NCBI GenBank assembly: GCA_036918135.1 | Contig: JBALDB010000053.1 | Coordinates: 1 to 64,000 of the forward strand | Reading direction: 5' to 3' | Origin: Nostoc sp. | GTDB taxonomy: Bacteria > Cyanobacteriota > Cyanobacteriia > Cyanobacteriales > Nostocaceae | DNA length: 64,000 nt | Shown here: positions 58,464 to 64,000 of the stretch, piece after piece | Position numbering within the stretch: the first letter of the stretch is position 1 | How the letters are laid out: each line of letters opens with the position of its first letter | The notes under the pieces: model-generated | The model's input: only the letters and a program-made list of their open reading frames with translations | What the model was told of the DNA's origin: nothing | The model's database searches: none | Program-made: the position numbers and the translations under genes

Positions 58464-59957
58464 ATGACACTACAAAGCTTTGGTGTGATTGGATTAGCCG
58501 TTATGGGCGAGAACATCGCTCTGAACGTCGAGCGTAATGGCTTCCCAATTGCAGTTTACAACCGCTCGCGCGAAAAAACGGATGCCTTTATGGCGGAGCG
58601 TGCCCCAGGACGGAACGTCAAAGCCGCTTTTAACCTAGAAGAATTTGTCGCCGCTTTGGAACGTCCCCGTAAAATTCTAGTGATGGTGCAAGCTGGTAAG
58701 CCAGTAGATGCAGTAATTTCTCAACTCCGACCTTTGCTAGATGAAGGCGATATCATTATCGACGGTGGCAACTCTTGGTTTGAAGATACAGAACGACGCA
58801 CTCAGGAATTAGAACCCGCTGGACTTCGGTTTATCGGTATGGGTGTTAGTGGTGGTGAAGAAGGTGCGCTAAATGGCCCTTCACTGATGCCAGGAGGTAC
58901 AGAAAGCTCCTACGAATATCTGTCACCAATTTTTAATAAAATTGCTGCCCAAGTTGATGATGGCCCTTGCGTAACCTATTGCGGTCCTGGTGGTGCTGGC
59001 CACTACGTCAAAATGGTACACAACGGCATTGAGTACGGCGATATGCAGTTGATTGCAGAAGCATACGACTTGCTGAAAAATGCTGCTGGATTAGATCACA
59101 ATCAGCTACACGAAGTTTTTGCCGAGTGGAACACCACCGACGAACTCAATTCGTTTTTGATTGAAATTACGTCAAAGATTTTCCCTTACATTGACCCAGA
59201 AACAAATCTACCTTTGGTCGATTTGATTGTTGATGCCGCAGGGCAAAAGGGAACCGGACGTTGGACAGTACAAACTGCAATGGATTTGGGGGTTGCTGTT
59301 CCGACAATGATTGCAGCGGTGAACGCGCGGATCATGTCTTCTTTCAAAAAAGAGCGGGTAGCAGCATCCAAGATACTTACAGGCCCTTCTGGTAAGTATG
59401 AGGGAGATACCAAAGCCTTTATCAACATGGTGCGGGATGCCCTGTATTGCTCAAAAATCTGTTCTTACGCTCAGGGCATGGCACTATTGGCTACAGCTTC
59501 AAAAGCCTACAATTTTAACTTGAATTTAGGTGAATTGGCGCGGATTTGGAAGGGTGGCTGTATTATTCGTGCTGGATTTTTGAATAAGATTAAGAACGCA
59601 TTTAACGTAAATCCTGCGCCACCTAACCTGCTGTTGGCTCCAGAATTCAAGCAGACGATTCTTGACAGACAAACAGCTTGGCGCGAAGTGTTGGTAACAT
59701 CAGCAAAACTGGGAATTCCAGTACCAGCATTCAGTGCCTCATTAGATTATTTTGACAGCTATCGACGCGATCGCTTGCCCCAAAACCTCACTCAAGCCCA
59801 ACGCGATTACTTCGGGGCGCACACCTACGAGCGACTTGATAAGCCCGGAGTCTTCCACACCGAATGGACACCAATTTCTGAAGCATCAGTACAAACTTCT
59901 ACACCAAGAGAGCTGCAAACTTCAGAACCAACTACACCTACAACATCTTCAAATTAG
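58464..59957 (+). CDS. gnd: 6-phosphogluconate dehydrogenase (decarboxylating)
   Basis: GLAVMG, SGGEEGA, VKMVHNGIEYGDMQ, QKGTGRW, QAQRDYFGAH. Confidence 0.98.
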   Translation: MTLQSFGVIGLAVMGENIALNVERNGFPIAVYNRSREKTDAFMAERAPGRNVKAAFNLEEFVAALERPRKILVMVQAGKPVDAVISQLRPLLDEGDIIIDGGNSWFEDTERRTQELEPAGLRFIGMGVSGGEEGALNGPSLMPGGTESSYEYLSPIFNKIAAQVDDGPCVTYCGPGGAGHYVKMVHNGIEYGDMQLIAEAYDLLKNAAGLDHNQLHEVFAEWNTTDELNSFLIEITSKIFPYIDPETNLPLVDLIVDAAGQKGTGRWTVQTAMDLGVAVPTMIAAVNARIMSSFKKERVAASKILTGPSGKYEGDTKAFINMVRDALYCSKICSYAQGMALLATASKAYNFNLNLGELARIWKGGCIIRAGFLNKIKNAFNVNPAPPNLLLAPEFKQTILDRQTAWREVLVTSAKLGIPVPAFSASLDYFDSYRRDRLPQNLTQAQRDYFGAHTYERLDKPGVFHTEWTPISEASVQTSTPRELQTSEPTTPTTSSN

Positions 59958-59981
59958 AGAGTTTTAGATTGTAAATTTGAG

Positions 59982-60011
59982 AATGACTCTGAATTTCAGA
60001 GTCATTTTTTT
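59982..60011 (+). terminator. Intrinsic terminator after gnd
   Basis: AATGACTCTGA-att-TCAGAGTCATT followed by a T run. Confidence 0.85.
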
Positions 60012-60344
60012 ATTAATGCTGAGTTATGGCAGGAGGCAGGAAGCAGTCCTGATGAAACAAGTTTCACCACCAAGCATGAAAAATGTATTTTCCCCTACAC
60101 CTTTACACCCCTCTTTCAAGTCAGGAGGTAAAACTATTACTATTCTTAGCATTCACGCTTGTCATTATGTTCTAAGCTTTGTGACTACCGCTCTGACGGG
60201 ACAAAGCTTATAATAGCTTGACTTCAAACCTTTTAATAGAATACGATTATAGATTGTCTGTCTAATTCCTGCTCGGAACAGGTAGACACATTAGCAAAAG
60301 CTGGCAAAACCAGCTACCTGTACGGCAACTTCAAGGACAATTTC

Positions 60345-60749
60345 ATGACCTACGCAATTATTGAAACTGGCGGCAAACAAGTACGAGTTGAGCCAGGGCG
60401 GTTTTATGATATTGAGCTGCTTACAGCCCAACCAGATGAAAAAGTGACAATAGAATCAGTATTATTCGTGCAGCACGATGGCGAAGTCACCATTGGCCAG
60501 CCGCTAGTGTCAGGTGCGACTGTAGAAGGGACTGTACTGCGACATCTCAGAGGTCGTAAAGTCCTGGTATACAAAATGAAACCGAAAAAGAAAACCCGCA
60601 AAAAGCGCGGACATCGCCAAGAAATTACTAGACTTTTCATTGACTCCATTACTCTTAACGGTACGGTGTTTGCTGCCGAAGCGGCAACGGATGAAAGTCC
60701 TGTCGTAGACGAAACTCCTGCCCAAGAAGCTGAAACCGTTGCAGAATAA
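60345..60749 (+). CDS. rplU: 50S ribosomal protein L21
   Basis: YAIIETGGKQ, KMKPKKKTRKKRGHRQ. Confidence 0.98.
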   Translation: MTYAIIETGGKQVRVEPGRFYDIELLTAQPDEKVTIESVLFVQHDGEVTIGQPLVSGATVEGTVLRHLRGRKVLVYKMKPKKKTRKKRGHRQEITRLFIDSITLNGTVFAAEAATDESPVVDETPAQEAETVAE

Positions 60750-60779
60750 TAAATAGAAGTAGATACACAAAAGGAAATC

Positions 60780-61061
60780 ATGGCTCATAAGAAAGGAACA
60801 GGTAGTACACGCAACGGTCGTGATTCTAACGCCCAACGCTTAGGTGTCAAACGTTATGGTGGTCAGACTGTACGTGCAGGAAATATTCTCGTGCGTCAAC
60901 GCGGCACCAAATTTCACCCTGGTAACAACGTTGGTATTGGTAGCGATGACACTCTATTTGCTTTAATCGACGGTGTAGTAACGTTTGAAAGAAAGGGTAA
61001 AACCCGGAAAAAAGTTAGTGTTTACTCAGTTGCAACCGCTGCCGAGCCAGTAGCAAGTTAG
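60780..61061 (+). CDS. rpmA: 50S ribosomal protein L27
   Basis: [24 protein letters not shown]. Confidence 0.98.
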   Translation: MAHKKGTGSTRNGRDSNAQRLGVKRYGGQTVRAGNILVRQRGTKFHPGNNVGIGSDDTLFALIDGVVTFERKGKTRKKVSVYSVATAAEPVAS

Positions 61062-61200
61062 AGTGATGAAGGTGGGTGAGAGTGCCCACCTTACTCGCTG
61101 ATACTAATTTTGCGTGCTGAAAATCATCTCTGTGGTTTCACCCATGCGAATCTCCCGACTCATCTGCTAGAGATGCTAAAGGTTTACTGTTATATAACAA

Positions 61201-62730
61201 ATGCTTGCTAGAGTCTGGAGTGCATCAATTGTTGGTATCGATGCTGTTAAAGTAGGGGTGGAAGTCGATGTGTCAGGAGGATTACCGGGAATTGTGGTCT
61301 TGGGACTTCCTGATTCGGCGATTCAGGAATCGAGAGAAAGAGTTAAGGCAACGCTAAAGAATGCAGGTTTTGCCTTTCCCATGCGAAAAATTGTGATTAA
61401 TTTAACTCCAGCAGATTTACGCAAGGAAGGCCCTTGTTTCGATTTACCTATTAGCATGGGAATTTTGGCGGCTTCTGAACAAGTTAGCGCTGATTTATTC
61501 GGGGATTATTTATTCTTAGGGGAAGTCTCTCTCGATGGGACTTTACGTCCGGTAGCTGGTGTATTGCCGATCGCTGCTGCTGCCGAAAAGATGGGAATCG
61601 TAGGTTTAGTTCTCCCTGCCGATAATGCTCAAGAAGCGGCAGTGGTTCAAGGTTTGTCTGTTTATGGCTGCCAACATCTCTGTGATGTGGTGAATTTTTT
61701 AAATAATCCGGGGCGTTATCAACCCGTGCAGATGGATGGCACAAAGGAAATGGCAACAGTAGCCAACCCTAGCGCAGATTTACAAGATGTCAAAGGACAG
61801 ACTCACGCGCGTCGTGCTTTAGAAATTGCTGCTGCTGGCGGACATAATTTAATTTTTGTCGGCCCGCCTGGTAGTGGTAAAACCATGCTAGCAAGAAGGT
61901 TACCGGGAATTTTGCCCCCTCTGAGTTTTGCCGAATCTTTGGAAGTGACTCGCATTCACTCGGTGGCTGGTTTATTGAAAAATCGCGGTTCTTTGGTACG
62001 CGATCGCCCTTTTCGCAGTCCGCACCACTCAGCATCCGGCCCTTCTCTAGTAGGGGGTGGTAGCTTTCCTCGTCCGGGTGAAATTTCTTTATCTCACAAC
62101 GGCATATTATTCTTAGATGAATTAACAGAATTTAAACGTGATGTTTTAGAATTTCTACGTCAACCTTTGGAAGATGGTTACGTGACAATTTCTCGCACCA
62201 AATTATCGGTAATGTTTCCGGCGCAATTTACTTTGGTGGCGAGTACCAATCCCTGTCCTTGCGGTTACTATGGCGATACTATTCAACAGTGTACTTGTTC
62301 TCCCCGGCAACGCGAGCAATATTGGGCAAAACTATCTGGGCCGTTGATGGATCGGATTGATTTACAAGTGGCGGTGAATCGCTTGAAACCAGAAGAAATT
62401 ACCCAGCAACCGACGGGAGAAGCTTCAACATCGGTGCGCCAACGAGTAGAACAAGCACGCGATCGCGCAATTACCCGTTTTCAAACAGAAGCAAATCTGC
62501 GTTGCAATGCCCAAATGCAAAGTAGTCATCTGCAAAAATGGTGCAAACTAGATGATGGAAGTCGTAATTTATTAGAAGCGGCAATTAGAAAACTAGGTTT
62601 ATCAGCCAGAGCAAGCGATCGCATTCTCAAAGTAGCACGAACGATTGCAGATTTAGCAGCAGAGGAAAAGCTCAAAGCCAATCATGTGGCGGAAGCAATT
62701 CAATATCGCACAATTGATAGAATGCAATAA
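61201..62730 (+). CDS. comM: YifB/ComM family Mg-chelatase-like AAA ATPase
   Basis: LGLPD..IQESRERV, GPPGSGKTMLA, FRSPHHS, LFLDE, NPCPCG, SGPLMDRIDL. Confidence 0.93.
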   Translation: MLARVWSASIVGIDAVKVGVEVDVSGGLPGIVVLGLPDSAIQESRERVKATLKNAGFAFPMRKIVINLTPADLRKEGPCFDLPISMGILAASEQVSADLFGDYLFLGEVSLDGTLRPVAGVLPIAAAAEKMGIVGLVLPADNAQEAAVVQGLSVYGCQHLCDVVNFLNNPGRYQPVQMDGTKEMATVANPSADLQDVKGQTHARRALEIAAAGGHNLIFVGPPGSGKTMLARRLPGILPPLSFAESLEVTRIHSVAGLLKNRGSLVRDRPFRSPHHSASGPSLVGGGSFPRPGEISLSHNGILFLDELTEFKRDVLEFLRQPLEDGYVTISRTKLSVMFPAQFTLVASTNPCPCGYYGDTIQQCTCSPRQREQYWAKLSGPLMDRIDLQVAVNRLKPEEITQQPTGEASTSVRQRVEQARDRAITRFQTEANLRCNAQMQSSHLQKWCKLDDGSRNLLEAAIRKLGLSARASDRILKVARTIADLAAEEKLKANHVAEAIQYRTIDRMQ

Positions 62731-62770
62731 TTAGGTTTTGAATTAACATATTTATGGATATAAACCGCCG

Positions 62771-63502
62771 ATGAACAGCGATAATTTACCAAATTATACA
62801 ATTTTAGAACTTCAAGAACTTGATGTAAATTATGGCGGTATTCAAGCTCTGAAGAAAATTAATTTAAGTATTAAAAAAGGAGAGGTAGTTAGTTTAATTG
62901 GTGCTAATGGTGCTGGGAAAACTACTACACTCCGGGCTATATCTAAAATTGTTAATCCTAAAAGCGGTGCAATTATCTATGATGGACGAAATATTACCCG
63001 CCGCCAAGCTCATGAAGTTGTACAACTTGGTATTGCTCATTGTCCAGAAGGACGCAGAGTATTAGCGCGCCAAACAGTATTTGATAACTTACTTTTGGGT
63101 GCTTATATTCGCTCCAATCAAGCAGAGATTAAAGCAGATATTGGGCGGCAATTTGAGCAATTTCCCCGATTGTCGCAAAGACGCAATCAACTAGCAGGAA
63201 CCTTGAGCGGTGGCGAACAACAAATGTTAGCGATCGCTCGCGCTTTAATGAGTAAACCAAAACTCTTACTTTTAGATGAACCTAGCTTAGGTTTAGCACC
63301 GGCGATCGTCCGGGAAATTTTCTCAATTATTGAAAATTTGCGGGCTACTGGCGTGACTATTTTATTAGTCGAACAAAACGCCAATCTGGCTTTACAAATT
63401 GCCGATCGCGGATATGTTTTAGAAGCTGGTTCTATCACTTTAACAGGTGCAGCATCAGAGTTAATTAGCGATGAGCGAGTTAAAAAGGCTTATTTAGGCT
63501 GA
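62771..63502 (+). CDS. Branched-chain amino acid ABC transporter ATPase (LivF-like)
   Basis: GANGAGKTT, PEGRR, LSGGEQQMLAIARALM, DEPSLGLAP, VEQNA. Confidence 0.92.
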   Translation: MNSDNLPNYTILELQELDVNYGGIQALKKINLSIKKGEVVSLIGANGAGKTTTLRAISKIVNPKSGAIIYDGRNITRRQAHEVVQLGIAHCPEGRRVLARQTVFDNLLLGAYIRSNQAEIKADIGRQFEQFPRLSQRRNQLAGTLSGGEQQMLAIARALMSKPKLLLLDEPSLGLAPAIVREIFSIIENLRATGVTILLVEQNANLALQIADRGYVLEAGSITLTGAASELISDERVKKAYLG

Positions 63503-63626
63503 TTAATTAAATTTGGAGGCAGGGGGCAGGAGGCAGGAGGTAAAACTATTGCTAACTCTAGCATTCACCCTTTCCAAGTGTCCTAAAGAGTGTGACTACG
63601 GCTATAATTACGAATTAGTATCAATC

Positions 63627-63998
63627 TCATCTCCTACCTTGACAAAACTCATCTACCCAAGAAGCTGCACTCCGAGCATTGGTGCTTGGGAATACATTAA
63701 CTTTGCTTTTAATCTCTTGTAATGGTGTGTTAGGATGCTTGGTACTTTTGGGAACTTCAGTAGTAATTGCGAGCGATCGCACCGATTTACCATTATTAGA
63801 AATCTCTGTAGTAATTGCGAGCGATCGCAGTGGTCTGCTATTACTAGATTTAGTCGCTAATGCCACAGCTGGCATAGTTTTGGCTTTGCTGTTTACCTGG
63901 GATGTAATTGTCAGCGTTCCTCCAGAAGCTAACTGTTCAAGGGGTGATTGTAGTGGTTTATCTTCCCATGAACCGGAGTCTGACTCGACTGAATCTAA
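63627..63998 (-). CDS. Hypothetical protein, C-terminal part (runs off the window)
   Basis: Frame open from the window end to TGA; S/T/P-rich, ends NARSAASWVDEFCQGRR; internal duplication RSLAITTE x2 anchored on HIP1. Confidence 0.6.
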   Translation of the reverse strand, partial: LDSVESDSGSWEDKPLQSPLEQLASGGTLTITSQVNSKAKTMPAVALATKSSNSRPLRSLAITTEISNNGKSVRSLAITTEVPKSTKHPNTPLQEIKSKVNVFPSTNARSAASWVDEFCQGRR

Positions 63999-64000
63999 CG

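Larger units (their letters stand above)
1..64000. repeat. HIP1 octamer GCGATCGC dispersed throughout
   Basis: Examples at 3168, 5531, 14881, 18472, 33360 and many more. Confidence 0.95.

Noticed and set aside
2350..63438. Many antisense or alternate-frame ORFs inside real genes (e.g. 2350, 5353, 46983, 60404, 63187)
   Set aside because: Shadow ORFs of well-supported CDSs.

Overview
Chromosomal segment of a heterocyst-forming cyanobacterium, most likely Nostoc (psbD 3' end, acsF, ycf66, frequent HIP1 GCGATCGC, STRR heptamer repeats, many small nested dispersed repeats/MITEs). Housekeeping genes: SLH porin, Rrf2-cysK, pepN, ABC1 kinase, gloB, rplI-dnaB, FKBP, pyrF/pyrE fusion, mlaD/mlaF, threonine aldolase, gnd, rplU-rpmA, YifB/ComM, livF-like. 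Three accessory loci stand out. (1) 36.5-42.1 kb: a putative DNA-binding protein, a P-loop ATPase and a fused DEDDy exonuclease / 4-Cys RecB-Cas4-like nuclease / soluble FtsK protein; candidate uncharacterised defence or DNA-processing system. (2) 54.6-57.1 kb: a protein with a Lys/Glu-rich tail followed by a degenerate and an intact ATP-grasp ligase; candidate protein-modification or RiPP-like system. (3) 20.8-31.3 kb: a glycosyltransferase cluster whose ABC exporter carries two HisKA-like repeats. Also seen: a highly structured ~300-nt element with a sequestered small ORF after psbD, a three-domain PTPS/QueD, a CymR-like Rrf2 next to cysK, and several decayed genes. No rRNA, tRNA, CRISPR array or intact transposase was found. 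All family calls come from motif recognition by eye, not from database searches.
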